The position numbers were made by a program, and so were the translations under genes. Under the pieces are notes generated by a model. The model searched no databases, had not been told where the DNA came from, and worked only from the letters and a program-made list of their open reading frames with translations. A stretch of DNA of 63,278 bases, the filler included, from Octopus bimaculoides (taxonomy: Eukaryota): assembly GCF_001194135.2 (NCBI RefSeq). It is 6 parts of 5 records of this genome, joined end to end, with 100 filler letters (N's around TTAATTAATTAA, not from the genome) between each part and the next. Parts side by side here need not be neighbours in the genome. Positions count along the whole stretch, not along the records: positions 23,053 to 40,105 come from NC_068995.1; positions 40,206 to 55,971 come from NC_068993.1; 4 more parts are not named here. One strand, given 5' to 3'. Shown one piece after another: positions 36,585 through 51,231 of this stretch. Position 1 is the first letter of the stretch, and every line of letters starts with the position of its first letter.

Positions 36585-37573
36585 ATTTAAATAGATGTGA
36601 ATAGAATATTCCCTATATTTTCCACAACACATTATTTGGCTGATGTCATCCAGGGAATAGACAGTTGACATTCGGTTTGAAGACATATTACAAAACAGTT
36701 TTATTTTTTCACATATACACACATATACAAACGTGTGTGTATATAGGTAAGTGTTATTCTGTGTGACAGTGTGTCTGTGTTTATTTTACGCGTAATTCTG
36801 CGGCTATGAATAAACTTAGTGCAGGGTCACTGTGTATGTTAATATCAAGACACGAACTTACACGTGTGCATCAATAATTATGCATATGCTTCTCTATGTT
36901 TACACAAAAATAAATACAATAATTAGAAGTCAATATACACATATGCATACAAATCTAAATAAAGTAATGAGCGAGCGTGTTTGTGGATAAGTTATAATTA
37001 AATTTATAGTCGTATGTTTACTAAACATAGATTTAGCAACGGTCTGCAAATAGACATGTCTAATTGCAAATGTCTATTGATACAGTGAGGCTACATGTAT
37101 GTTTATTAAACTCATGTATATAACTTTATTTACAATGTATCCAGAAGCACAGTTTGTAAGTTATTCAGGTTATTCCGTTAATTAATACGTCTCATCAACA
37201 AATGTACTGATATGCTAAAGAAACAATGTAGTAGCCGTTGTTCATTGCATTTCACGTAAATTACACTCTGGACTAAGCACACATGATAAACGTGTAAACT
37301 GCTGTGAAACAAGGCAAGGTGTTCACCATTGCTCCTTAGTGAGTGGAAGAAAACAAGTGCGTGTGTTTGTGTGAGGGAAAGAGAGAGAGAGAGAGCAATA
37401 GAGAGAAGGTGAAGAGGGAAACAGGGAGAGTGAGGAGGAGAGTGGGAGCGTTCAGTTATTACATCATTTTTTCATTAATCGTACGCACTCAAACACATAT
37501 AACGCACTTATGTATTATAAGTATGTATGTATACACACACACATGCATATATATGTGCGTATACAGACACACA

Positions 37574-37611
<38 letters not shown>

Positions 37612-37643
37612 TTATACACACACACACACACACATACACACAC

Positions 37644-37700
<57 letters not shown>

Positions 37701-38059
37701 GAGTTGAACGATAGTGTACAGAGTGTCGTGTGACACAACAATATATTTCGGTTTCTGTTACGCCTTCTTCAGTAAAATACAGTCTCACCTCGTAAGAGAA
37801 CAACCATTGCGTAACGAGTTGTATGTTACCAATAGCAAAGACAACACTGTCCTTTCTTTAGTTTGCAAATAAACACGAGAAATTTTATACTTAAATCCCT
37901 CTCATTGCTTCCCTTTACCGCTAAGGTATGATTGACTCCATCCCACTCAGACTGGAAATTTTAAAAAAAATTAAGAACTACCTGTGCACATTATTTTGTA
38001 TATTTGATTTTAGCAAGATTATCCAAATTCAAGCCAGTGATCCTTTGAGTTATTCTGCT

Positions 38060-38190
38060 TGTTGCTGTTTTACTGATATTAGCTTAACGGCATTTCGTCC
38101 GTCTTTATATACTGAGTTCTAATCCTGCCAAGGTCGACTTTCCATTTTATCCTTTTGGGATCATTAAAATGAAGTAAACGTGGAGCATTG
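38060..38190 (+). mobile_element. SINE family A fragment
   Basis: gagttctaatcctgccaaggtcgactttccattttatccttttggg. Confidence 0.7.
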
Positions 38191-38259
38191 GCGTCGATGA
38201 TGCAGCTGGCGAATTTTCTTGGAAATCAAGTCACTTCCTGTTGCCTCGAATATTCGAGA

Positions 38260-39660
38260 AGTAACTTAGGATTCTCATTGTCCCTAAGTAAGCAAACATT
38301 CTGTATTGACTTCAATGGCGATCTTCTTCACACATCCTTCCAGTCTGCTAGTTACAATTCTGAATGATTCTACAATAATAGAGATGACTTTAATCTTCCT
38401 ACAGTGCCATAGTTTTTCAATCTCAATCCCAAAGTCTTGCTTTCTATCAATCTTATCTGATTTCTTTTCAGTTAGTTCTGTATAAAAGAGACATAACACA
38501 ACTTTCAATAGTCGGGACGATGATAGAATTATCGATTGTGTTTTCAGTCTGTTTCTTCATGTCTCACACAATCTCCACTTTGTCAATTTTTCCCCTTCGC
38601 GTTCGTACCATCTTTCTGAATAGTCGAAGTTGAATTTTTAACTAAGTTTTCAGTGAAGTAGAGCTGCAAATTTATTATGCCTCCATTCTTTTGTAGAATT
38701 TTTATGCGAATTTCGGACACTCATTTATCATAAATGTGACTATCATCTGCTACAGTGTTGCTGTTGAACTTCCTTGCACGGATTTTTCTTTATACCTGTC
38801 TAGCTTTTCTTCGTGTTATTCTTTCTTCCTCCTTCCGGCGCCGAGTATAGATTCTGCCACTACTGTTTGCAATAGCTGTTCACTGCATGACTATGTATAT
38901 TCTTGGAGAATATTTACGCCTATATTTATACTATCTTCCACACTTTGATGTCTCTTTCCTCTTTGCCCCGCTTGATATATCCCGTCAACGTCAGATTGGA
39001 GGTGCAGTACTCTGTATATTCTCAACAGTTTTCTCGTTCACCGGTCAATTTACTCCAATTTTCCCGTTGTCCATTTGATGATTCTTGCACTATATCTAAT
39101 GACTGATAACATTCTGGCATTTATAACTGTAAAAGTATTCTAAGTGTTTAGTTTTGGTTTTATACACTTTCTAACATTCGTAAAGTATTCGCTATATTTC
39201 TGTGAATGTATTTTAAGGTTGGGTGAATTATTCTGTTCTGCTTTGTATTTCATCCAGAATTTTCTCCATTAGCTGATTTTACTCCTTTCGACGATGTCCG
39301 TAACGCATTCTGTTGACGATTTCTTCCTTGTATCGTCTCTGTCCATTGTACCCACTGTTTGCACTACTTCCTTAGTTTGTACTAAAGTGTTGGAATTAAA
39401 TTCTGATTTACCAGAGATAATGGCATTTCCACTGCCTTCTATCTCTTTCCTGATTAATTCAATTTCCATTTAGGTGAGCTATCCTTTGTTATTTATTGCC
39501 AATGCTAGCTTTATTCAGATAACTCAAAGACTCCTATGTCATTCCAAATACTGAACATTCTATTATTGAAATGCCTCCTCGTTGATTTGCTCAGGATATA
39601 GCACTTCATCACCAGCTTGTTTAATTCTTTCGTCTAGTTTGTTCTTTCACTTACTTTGGC
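38260..39660 (-). pseudogene. R4/Dong-like non-LTR retrotransposon relic with large internal deletions
   Basis: N-terminus ELNKLVMKCYILSK...MFSIWNDIGVFELSE...MEIELIRKEI; post-RT VIRYSARIIKWT...IDR*TRKLLRIYRVLHLQSDVD; RLE C-terminus KQDFGIEIEKLWHCRKIKVISIIV...VKKIAIEVNTECL. Confidence 0.8.
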
Positions 39661-39921
39661 AGTTTCAGGAAGACGACAAAAAGAAGTCTGCCTTTTCGAA
39701 CCATTCCTGACACGTAATTCCATATCATTCACGCCATTATTTGAACGGTTTTCATTTTCCATTACACTTTTTTGAGATAGCTACATGTGGAAGGCTGTGT
39801 AACCGCCAGAGGTTTTATCGAGACACCATCACTAGGAAACATGTGGATCAAGACTAAAGAGCAACTTCTATCCATGACACTCGTCCATGCTCCACCGAAT
39901 GCTAGTCCGAATCTAGGTTTA

Positions 39922-39952
39922 GTTGTTGTTGCTGTAGTTGTTGTTGTTATCG

Positions 39953-39990
<38 letters not shown>

Positions 39991-40045
39991 CTTCTTCTTC
40001 TTCTTCTTCTTCTTCTTCTTCTTCTTCTTCTTCTTCTTCTTCTTC
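39922..40045. repeat. (GTT)n(CTT)n compound microsatellite
   Basis: Read directly from the sequence. Confidence 0.95.
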
Positions 40046-40205
40046 CTCTCCTCTCCCTCCTTCTTTTTCTTATTCTTATTCTTCTTATTTTAAATATATA
40101 TGAGTNNNNNNNNNNNNNNNNNNNNNNNNNNNNNNNNNNNNNNNNNNNNTTAATTAATTAANNNNNNNNNNNNNNNNNNNNNNNNNNNNNNNNNNNNNNN
40201 NNNNN

Positions 40206-40240
<35 letters not shown>

Positions 40241-40597
40241 TATTTCAATATAATTTTCATAAAGTTGGGTAGCTCATCAGCTCAAAATTTAAAAATAGCT
40301 TTAAATATTGTATAAAGTATAAAAATTACAGGGGGTTGTTTCTTTCATGTTGTTTATAACATGTTCATGTGTAATTATACTGCGAAAATGTTCGCAAGAG
40401 GACAGAAGATATAAATGATATGTGAAGAATAGACGAATATATATATATACTTCAAACAATTACAAAAAAAAAATAGTCAAGCTACAACATATTATCACTT
40501 GTATATAAAGTAAGAGATATTCATAGCATACACACGAACAACGAGTACCGGCTACAAAAACATACACCTGGTGTATATATGCATACATCTGCATGCA

Positions 40598-40630
<33 letters not shown>

Positions 40631-41689
40631 GACACGAATGCTTGCGTGTATGTGTACGTATACATCTATAAGTAGACATGTGTATGAATGTACACACACA
40701 CACATNNNNNNNNNNNNNNNNNNNNNNNNNNNNNNNNNNNNNNNNNNNNNNNNNNNNNNNNNNNNNNNNNNNNNNNNNNNNNNNNNNNNNNNNNNNNNNN
40801 NNNNNNNNNNNNNNNNNNNNNNNNNNNNNNNNNNNNNNNNNNNNNNNNNNNNNNNNNNNNNNNNNNNNNNNNNNNNNNNNNNNNNNNNNNNNNNNNNNNN
40901 NNNNNNNNNNNNNNNNNNNNNNNNNNNNNNNNNNNNNNNNNNNNNNNNNNNNNNNNNNNNNNNNNNNNNNNNNNNNNNNNNNNNNNNNNNNNNNNNNNNN
41001 NNNNNNNNNNNNNNNNNNNNNNNNNNNNNNNNNNNNNNNNNNNGATACAGATACATACATACTCACACACACATACACACACACACACACATATGTATAT
41101 ATGATACTTTCTGTTTTCAGAATCTAGAAAGTTTGAGAAACGAGTAATACTTCGTTTATCACGTCGAATTCGAAGTAAATATATCTATAAATATCAGTGT
41201 AAAATCTTTAGAGACAAAATATCAAAGTCCGCCTGACGTTTCAGAACTAGAACGTTTCTCATTTTGAAGGAAGTTGTTTGTTCATGTCCCATGGAATGGT
41301 GACGTGCACTTTCTCTATTCAAAGTTTTTTTTGTTAACCCAATAGTTACAGTCACATCTACATCGAGCTCGAGCAGAGAAAATGGTGCATCCAATGCATC
41401 CATATATATCCATACTAACATACATACAAGTGTGTATGTATGTATGTATGTATGTATGCATGTATGTATATATATTGACAGCTCTAATTCATAGGAAAGT
41501 TGTAGCCAATTACAAACAGCGACAGAGAATTCCTCTGCAAATGATGAGAAGCATCTCATATTACAAGCAGTTATCCCGCCTTAAATAAATTATAATTCAG
41601 TGCAAATTCGTATTAAATATACTTTGAATATCAAAATAACTGTTTTAGTTCTTCTTTCAAACGGGGCGCCATGCAAAATGTTTAGATGC

Positions 41690-41850
41690 ATACAGTCCGT
41701 CTTTACGTTTTGGGTTCAAATTCCCCCGAGGGCGATTTACCATTTATCATTTCCGGGTCAATGAAACAAGTACTAGTTGAGCACTAGATTCCGTGTAATC
41801 GACGTAACTCCTCTCCCGAAATTCTAGGCGTTCTGCCAAAATATGAAATC
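41690..41850 (+). mobile_element. SINE family A
   Basis: gggttcaaattcccccgagggcgattta...gtgtaatcgacg...ctaggcgttctgcc. Confidence 0.7.
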
Positions 41851-42103
41851 TATTATAACAATTTTGAGGAAAGATAAATTTAAATCAATATTGAGATTAT
41901 TTTCTTTCTGTTTCACATTATTCTCCATTTAGAATTGTTTTAAGCTTCACAATAGCATTCCTTCTTCTCACTCATCCCCGAAGTTCATTTGAACGTAAAC
42001 GTTTGTAAAGTTGGCATAGTAGAAACACGTTGTACGTACATGTTTCTAAATGACTGTTTAATAGCATTTGAGGGGGACTACGGTACCTAATATGTGGTAT
42101 TCT

Positions 42104-42255
42104 TAAGGTAACGAGCTGGCAGAACCATTATCACGCCGGATGAAACGCTTAGCGGCATTTCGTCCAACTTTACGTTCTTATGTTCCGAGTTCAGATTCCG
42201 GCGAGGTAGTCTTTCCTTTGCATATTTCGGGGCCGATAAAATAAGTACCAGTTTA
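42104..42255 (+). mobile_element. SINE family A
   Basis: aaggtaacgagctggcagaacc...gagttcagattccggcgaggtagtctttcc. Confidence 0.8.
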
Positions 42256-44073
42256 ATACTTTGTTTACTCTCACCGTAAGTTGAATTTAACATATACATA
42301 AATACACATATGTGTCTGTATATATGTATGCGTAAGTAGAGTTAGTGATTGGAGTAACCGACTAAGGGACGAGGATATCCATTATTACTACCGGTGTAAA
42401 TTACCTATGTTAACACTGGGCATGGATATGCATGTATGCTATGCTCATAGGATACAAGCAGTAACAGAATAAACGAGTGTTTATCAAGAATCAAATTTAA
42501 AATGAGCAGAAAATGTAGAAACCTTCTGATCAACAAGCAAATTGACTGCCATCGGTTAAATACAAAGCTTGAACAAAGTTTTGATCGCCATAAGCTTTGT
42601 CACGTGAAGGTGTACCTGATTAAGACCCCAACATCAAATGACACTAAAATACAGTCGATTTGTATAATTGTCGGATCGATGGAATATATATTTGCCTTTT
42701 ACATCAGGAGATTACAAAGTTTCTATAAAACTTTAACTTAGTCGAAGGTATTTTTGTGTGTGCTTGTGTGTGTGTTTATATATATATATATATATATATN
42801 NNNNNNNNNNNNNNNNNNNNNNNNNNNNNNNNNNNNNNNNNNNNNNNNNNNNNNNNNNNNNNNNNNNNNNNNNNNNNNNNNNNNNNNNNNNNNNNNNNNN
42901 NNNNNNNNNNNNNNNNNNNNNNNNNNNNNNNNNNNNNNNNNNNNNNNNNNNNNNNNNNNNNNNNNNNNNNNNNNNNNNNNNNNNNNNNNNNNNNNNNNNN
43001 NNNNNNNNNNNNNNNNNNNNNNNNNNNNNNNNNNNNNNNNNNNNNNNNNNNNNNNNNNNNNNNNNNNNNNNNNNNNNNNNNNNNNNNNNNNNNNNNNNNN
43101 NNNNNNNNNNNNNNNNNNNNNNNNNNNNNNNNNNNNNNNNNNNNNNNNNNNNNNNNNNNNNNNNNNNNNNNNNNNNNNNNNNNNNNNNNNNNNNNNNNNN
43201 NNNNNNNNNNNNNNNNNNNNNNNNNNNNNNNNNNNNNNNNNNNNNNNNNNNNNNNNNNNNNNNNNNNNNNNNNNNNNNNNNNNNNNNNNNNNNNNNNNNN
43301 NNNNNNNNNNNNNNNNNNNNNNNNNNNNNNNNNNNNNNNNNNNNNGTGGGGTGTATGGGTGGGTGTGAATGTCTTGTAATCCAGTACTTGTAACTACAAA
43401 CTATATTGAACATGTATTATCCTAAGATTGTTATTCAAAATTCAAGTCTTCGAACACGTTTTTATACAAGGGAATTTTTTTTTTTTGTTTTCCTCATTTT
43501 TACATTGAATTAAACCCGTATATCAAATCCATAACATGGCATCAAGTATTTTGTTTATAGCGCAAAATACATTATTTTCCCTCAATAGTGACAAATTTTT
43601 TTGCGATATGGAATTTTAATATGTGTTTAGAAATATCTAAGTAGATTGAAATGAATTATATACAACCCGAGGTGGGATTCTCTCCATGAGGAAATAGAAT
43701 TTAGTAAAAAAGAGAAAAATAAGACAAATATATTCTTCTTATACTCAAAATAAAAATATCATGACATCCGAAAGCGTAAAGTAAAATAACATCATACACA
43801 CAAGAGGAAATATAGTATGAACATAGCATACGCTGTTTAACGCTATATGTATCGATCAACGTCTGAGTAATACTAGATGAACAATGGAGAAAATATATGT
43901 TGTTGCATAGTATTATACAAAGTTAAAGTAAAGATGGTGAAGTTCATGAATTGTGTATATATCTATCAATCTATCTACCCCCCTCTCTCTCTCTGTCTCT
44001 CTCTCTCACTCTATGCATATATACTTATATATATATGTGTCTCCGTGTCTGTATATATATATATGTATATATG

Positions 44074-44111
<38 letters not shown>

Positions 44112-44163
44112 TAGATAGATAGATAGATAGATACATACATACATACATACATACATGCATACA

Positions 44164-44194
<31 letters not shown>

Positions 44195-44969
44195 GTAAGT
44201 TTATAAAGGTGCATATACATAGGCTTAGGCGTTGTTCCGTGGTGAGTTGCTTCTTTCCGCCCCATATAGTTCCGAGCTCAGCTCCACTGCGTAGCACCTT
44301 AGTCTTCTCCCATAACCCCGAGCCGGCACAAAGATGGATGAATGCTGTGGTGGTGTCTGTAGTATTCCAAGTTAGAGCACATGCGACACCATCAAAGAGG
44401 TACGCTATAACGGTGAAACATGGCCAAAGGTTCACGATCTTGTCTTCGCGATCCTTGGATCATATTCCAACAGCTAAATTTTTTTCTTCTAGTATCTTTT
44501 ATCCCAATAGCCTTGAGGTGAACGGAGCTTTGTGAGCAAAACTACATAATCAAAATCTGCATGGAAACATCTCGAAAGGCATGTAAATATAATTTATAGA
44601 TCAAACCTTGAACTGCAAATACAACTGAAATTTAATAGTAAGTGTACTTCTTTTTGTAGAATGCTCAACTCCCTTTACGCTAGATCGTTCAGTAGATTCT
44701 CAAAAATGTATAATCGATCTGTGTTTGTTTCGGAGGCGAGTTGGTTCACCTCCCTCTCGGTTGACCCTTTAATGGGAGTGATAAATTTGGGTCTCCTGTA
44801 TAAGCTAGTTTACGCTACAGTGAATTTGGGCAGCGGGAAGAAATGCAACGGTTGCATCCAATTTCTCCACCCATTATTACTGACAGTATTTTGTGAGTAC
44901 AATTCTGAGGTACTTCCTCTGTATTCTCCTCTAAAAGCAACCGTTATTTAATTTTTTCGTTGGTTTCCC

Positions 44970-45200
44970 AAGCGCAAATCAGACAGACTTGCCAGTTGAC
45001 TCAGCCTGAAGAATCTGTCATGCAGTATTTTCCTTCGGCATTCTGAACACATGTCAGTATCACATAGCATCTAGGTATAAATGTTCAGCTTTTAGCAAAA
45101 CAGCTGAGACGCATGGGTCTCGCTGCGGTTAGAGATTCACGGTTTAGTGTTGTCACAGCATAGATAATTGCAGAAAGCACAATTATTATATAAGCACGAT
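44970..45200 (-). mobile_element. Possible RTE-like LINE C-terminal fragment
   Basis: HVFRMPKENTA*QILQAESTGK resembles the GHVxRM...GKR motif; heavily decayed. Confidence 0.35.
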
Positions 45201-45374
45201 TTTTTCATGCTAGGATCAATGCTATTTTGTAAATCAGAGGTAGAGCAAAGTCGGAGTTTGTTGAACGCTTTCTAAACTCCAATGACCAGGAACTGACGGG
45301 TAATTCACGTACAGTAATGCTAAATGCGTTGCATGCATAGATATACACACGCACATATACGCATATGTGTGTAA

Positions 45375-45421
<47 letters not shown>

Positions 45422-47164
45422 TATATGTATGTATATGTACGTATGTAAGCGCATATCTATACACGTACACACACACATATACACACACGCACGCACACTC
45501 ATATGGACGTGCTGAGACACACTTCGAAATTTATATACGGTTATATATAAAAATATAGAGAGATATTCATGCCAAAAGACATTGAACATAAAATGTCTGC
45601 AACATCAATGTTATGTTTACCTTTTCCAGGCATATGATTTCTTTTTTTGTGATCTTCAAACAACCGACAACGTGCACACACATACACATACACACACACA
45701 CTCACACACACACACACATATGCCTATATGTGTGTGTGTGTCCGTGTATGTGCGTGGTGTGCGCGTGTATATGTGTGTGAGTGTGTGTTTGAGTATACAT
45801 GTATACATAATGGCAGGGCTGCCTGTGAGCAAGTATTCGTTTGTGTGTGTATATTCCCTGAATACACAACAGGAGCATAATATATGGCTTTACCACTAGC
45901 GGCGAAGATAAATGGATATAACTACTGGCATTTATAATGTCTCTAATTGAGTCAGGTATCTCATGAAGACAACATATCTTTCAGCAACTTTGCTTCTCAG
46001 GAACAAATTTTCTACTGGAAAACAAAAACAAAAAAACAAAAAAAAAACAAAACAAATACCTATATATGATAGAGAAATATAATATTACGAAGAAAAAAAG
46101 AAACATCACTAAATATAATAATTCTTAAAGAAACTGTTGGGGGACAGTGGAAGAGAATGATTCATATGATGACTAAGACCTAACATCAATGAGAAATTAT
46201 ATTTTGCGTCTGTCCATAAAAAATATATGTATCATTTTTACTGTTGAGCAGAATACCGTATTTTATGGGTCATTACATGCAACATATGATACGTAAAAGG
46301 GAAATAATAGGATAACAACACAAACAAACAGTAACCAAAAAAAGATATACAATCTCATGAAACAGCGTTTAAGACAACAGAAATCATGGATATACAGCCT
46401 TAACTTTATCCCCAAGTACCATTATTCATATTTATGTGTTTGTCATTTGGGGGCAGTACGTCGGACGCGATCGTCCGTGGCAATTTTGTTGTGATCGTCT
46501 ACAACAAAATAATACGCTATAATATCGTAAATTAAGCAGTGTCTTCTCTGCATTAAGTCTGTCGATCACAAATACACAATACAGTACAAGATGATTAAAT
46601 TTGAATTGCTGCAACTAGCGGATGTTTACAGTCATATCCAACCAACAGATATTTTATTTGTCTAACACAACACATTAAAATATGACAGTGGAACATAGTT
46701 ACAATACGTAATTTCTTTAGCTAAGAACTGCTTAGGTTCTACTTAATTTCCATTCAATTGTCTTTTGAGAAGATATTTTATAACTCTGTGCAAAAAAAAC
46801 TGAATAATTTACGTTTTGGGAAGAGTCTCTTTTTCCATACTTTCGTTTTATTATTAGTTTTATATACTATGTTACAAGTGCTATATTTCAAATATACAGC
46901 AACCACATATTTATCTGAAGTTTGGTTTGAGCAGAGACGTACTAGTTTTAACCAAGAATGTATTAAGTGTTAGAAGAGAAAATGTAAGTTCTGAAATATA
47001 TTCATATTTAAATATGTATTCTTATTCAGTTATTCTCCATTAATTTTATTCCTTTTCTTTCCCATTGTATACTATCAGAGACAGAGAAAAGAATACACAC
47101 AAATATTCATGTGTGTGCGTGTGTGCGTATGAGTGTGTATGTGTGCAACGACGACAAAACCAGC

Positions 47165-47880
47165 ACCAAGGCCAAATTCAGAACTGATGGTAGATACACC
47201 ACTCATCGGATGCTACAGGCCGAGAGCAAGATGGAAAAAGAATCAGAATGCGACTTACTGTTGACTGCGCTCTCAACGTCGCCAGAGAGGCTCAGATGTA
47301 ACAGGTTACGAACTGTTTTATTACAGCCTGCATCAACATTGGCCTCACAATCCGTATTCAGAAGACATAGGACATCACCAACATACGCCTCAGAAGCTGT
47401 ATGTGGAACCAACTATCACTGTTGATGTGGAAACCCTGAAAGTCGTTCATAGATTCACGTACCTCGGCAGCACATTCTCCAGATTTTTGAACATTGACGA
47501 TGCAAACGACACACGCAACGCCAAAGAAACCTTAGCATTCTAGCAGCTATGTGAATCACTGTGGAAGAGATGAGGCATGAGTCTGGCCACCAAGTTCATG
47601 ATGTAACAAGTAGTTGTACTGCCTAATGTAATACTCGCTTACGAAACTTGGACGGTTTGCAAGCACCAGGCCGAAAAGCTGGCAAGTGAAGGTCCCATAC
47701 GCTGAAGTTCTCGAATTTATCTGTCAAGCAATTACACACTGCTGAGGACAGCTTAGGTCAGGGGACCAGGCCACCTTGTTTGAATGTCTAATACATGACT
47801 CCTCAAGAGATTGTTTTACGGTGAACTGGTTGAAGGCGAGTGCACGCGAGGTGGACTGAAAAAACGCTTCAAATATGATA
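47165..47880 (+). pseudogene. RTE (BovB-like) LINE reverse transcriptase 3' half, decayed
   Basis: KFRTDG...DLL[FAD deleted]DCALN...GLTIRIQKT...ETLKVVHRFTYLGST...VVVLPNVILAYETWTV...YGELVEGECTRGGLKKRFK. Confidence 0.85.
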
Positions 47881-49745
47881 GATTGTAAGAGTCCTTGATT
47901 TGTAGTGAAATATATAATATCACATCAGGATGGAATTGTATATAAGACGGATAGCCTAAGAGACATTCGCCAAATTAAGGAGAAAAAATATGATTTATTG
48001 TGGATATAGTAGACGCTTGTGAGACACATATACCAAATCCGAGATAAAACAATGCACTATCAACGACTATCCGTTGCTACCTAGTTTGAGTACCTACAGT
48101 TGCGCTCATTCTAATTTGATGGGTGCATGGATAAAGGAAATAATCATATTTAGTTAATCTACAAAGGTGGGCAAAAACAATCCAGGCACTACCTGATAGT
48201 ATCAGTTCTGCTAGACATGGCTGGAGAGAAGGATACCATACGAAATCGCCGAAATAGTTCAGATTGCTATTTGGAAGATTAATAATAACGAGAGAGTTGA
48301 ATATATATTCAATAACAACAAAACTCTAAGTTGATTTTAAATGCTAGTAACAGAAAATACTATTATGAAATGAAACATGTTTACATTAGTTCAGCAAGCG
48401 CCATTCATAGTCTAGAATTCCGCTCGAAACTGTATAATTTCTATAAATAAGGTCTGTTAGAATATACCACTTATTAATGAAGGTCAGCTCTTATCGGAGT
48501 GGCATTTCAGGAAAGACGTTCCAGCTGTGACCGGCTTCTATAATTTTTGTTTGAAATAATGTTTATGACTATATCCAGTTCGTAATTTTTCCCTTTTCAA
48601 GATTTAGGATGAAATATCAGATATGAGTTTGAATTTCTTTCGCATGCTGGATATCCATATATGAATACCCTTAGTGACCTTCTTAGAACAATGCGGAAAA
48701 AATCACAGTGCTAATATTGTTATCCAATTGCAGAGATAATAATCCAAAAGGCATTAATATAATTACAAGAAGAAGCTTGATATAGACAATAAGGAAAAAA
48801 AAACAAGATCAATATAAGCCTTATTTTACTACATTATATGTTATCATTTTCCATTCAGATACTATAAAAAAAACCCTCACCATTTGTTCTAGGCAGTAAC
48901 AAAAAGGACAAGGTTAAAATATTTCGAGAAAGATTTATAAACTCGTATCATTTTCAGGACGTGGACCGTAGGAAGCTAATAAATAACGAGACGTTATCTC
49001 AGTGTCATAGATAAATATCGTAGAGACGAGAGATACACGAGATAAGTTGCACTACATTACAGGCATATCGTGAAAATGGTATTTTCAGTGGAACAATATT
49101 GCTCCTTACTCAGGGTAGATATCTGGTGAGAGAGAGAGAGGGAGAGGGAGGGAGGGAGAGAGAGAGAGACACAGACAGACAGACATGCATGTGTGCATGT
49201 ATGTATGGATGGATATTTACGTATACATATCTGTACATCCATATATCCATGTATAATATAATTCTTATAACGTGCCCTCTAATACGCCGCTGTGGGATTC
49301 GACTACCGAAGGTTATTATACAGTAGAACTTCTGTTACTGCATAACATGTGGAAATCCACAAATATCCCTAGAGTAAAAGGAAAAAATAACATACGAGAT
49401 GGAATGATCAGGCTTCATTACACATCTCTACAATTAATTTAATGCTTCATTATCAGCTATTAATTGCCGAATGGTACTTATAGTATACGCAATATTATAT
49501 TTATATGATTCAACCACAGCTGTATCCATTCGCATCGTCAGGTGATCAGGGTCAAAGTATTACTATATTATAGCTATTGCTATAATACAATATTGCATAT
49601 AATATATGTGTCATTCAGCAAATAACAGCTGAGATAAAATGTATTGAAACAATTGTAGTGATATGTCAATATTACATACATGAATACGAAATAATAAAGA
49701 ACGTGTGTGGCGTTACATGAAATAATGTTCCAGAAATTTAACATA

Positions 49746-49914
49746 AACACAAGAAACGGAAAATTCGTATACAAGCCGTAGCTAATTCTTCATCAGTGAT
49801 CGTCCGAAAGTCCATAACAACTTCGCACCTGGTACGAATCTATTATGATAATCTGATTGATGATTGATGAGGAATTAGCTAAGTCTTGTATGTAAATATT
49901 CCGTTTGCTGTGTT
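49746..49914. mobile_element. Diverged MITE-like inverted repeat (about 50-bp arms)
   Basis: aacacaagaaacggaaaattcgtatacaagccgtagctaattcttcatca versus tgatgaggaattagctaagtcttgtatgtaaatattccgtttgctgtgtt. Confidence 0.6.
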
Positions 49915-50782
49915 TCTGTTAAATTTTTGGAAAAATATATACATGTATATATGCATACAGGTATGTACATATGTATATATGTAAGCCTGTATGATTGTAT
50001 GTAAGTATTTATGTATGTATGCATTTATGTGTGTATGTATGTAACGCTGAAAGCTCAGTGCTGGTCGTGGTCACGGAGGGTTTTGATGTTTTTCAATTGA
50101 CGAGTCCTGGGTTTCAACTGTTCAGATATCGCAACACCAGTATTTAAGGAATTTTCAGGAGCAGCCATCACACACCTGTTTACAACAGAATTTTTAGTGC
50201 CGCATAACGTATTGAACATTCCATTGCATACGCTTCTCGTGTGTGATTTGTGTGAGGATTTTGCTGTTATTTTTAGAAGATTCAGTGACCTCGTGCTCAG
50301 CCTGAAGTGTACTACTGTTATCAATTAAGAAATGATACTAAACTAGAATCAATACTTTCTTCTTTACTTTCTTTTTCAGATTGCCGGAATCAGAGGCTTT
50401 TTTGTCTCTTTACACTTCTCTGCTCAATTCTGATCTAATATTGAAAGCTACTTTACAGATAACTGACCAACACTTTGATATTTGTTGAGTAAAACACATT
50501 AATCAATGTATGAATGACTTTCAAAAAGACGTCTTCGAGCACAATGAAACAACTAGACGCATATAAAAAGAAGAAGAAGCCTGAAGTGATTTACAATGTT
50601 TACATGTCTTTGTCGTTTTTATTACTATAGCCATTCATTCCGATATTATGGTTTCATTAGAAATTTTCATGTTATAGTTATTGTATATTATTAAACAAAT
50701 ATAATGCAACAATTTTCTTATATAAAACAATATATTTAACAAAAACTATTTATGGGAATTCGCTAGTAGATAATAATAATAA

Positions 50783-50818
<36 letters not shown>

Positions 50819-50876
50819 CAACAACAACAACAACAACAATAATAATAATAATAACAATAATAATAACAACAACAAC

Positions 50877-50922
<46 letters not shown>

Positions 50923-51137
50923 TTTTAAAGGGGCTCCCACCTTCAAGGTAATACGTTGTTTATTGTGATAAGTAACCGTCATGTCGCGCACGTATTTTTG
51001 TGATGCATGTGCTTAATATATTCTTCTGAGACAGATACTACTACAAGGGTTCGTATATTTGTTCCCTAAGGTCAATACGATCGCAAATGTGGTCGTCTTA
51101 CTTAACAGCAACACCAATGATAATAATGGTAATGCTG

Positions 51138-51184
<47 letters not shown>

Positions 51185-51231
51185 AATACTAATAATAATA
51201 ATAATTAGAATGATGGTGATGATTCAGCGAA

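Noticed and set aside
49785-49800. CTGATGA on the minus strand as a hammerhead
   Set aside because: No downstream GAAA box; explained as part of a MITE inverted repeat.
50055-50327. Open frames on both strands with faint transposase-like words
   Set aside because: The motifs (FSIDESW, YNRIFSAA*RIEH) lie in different frames and do not assemble into one family.
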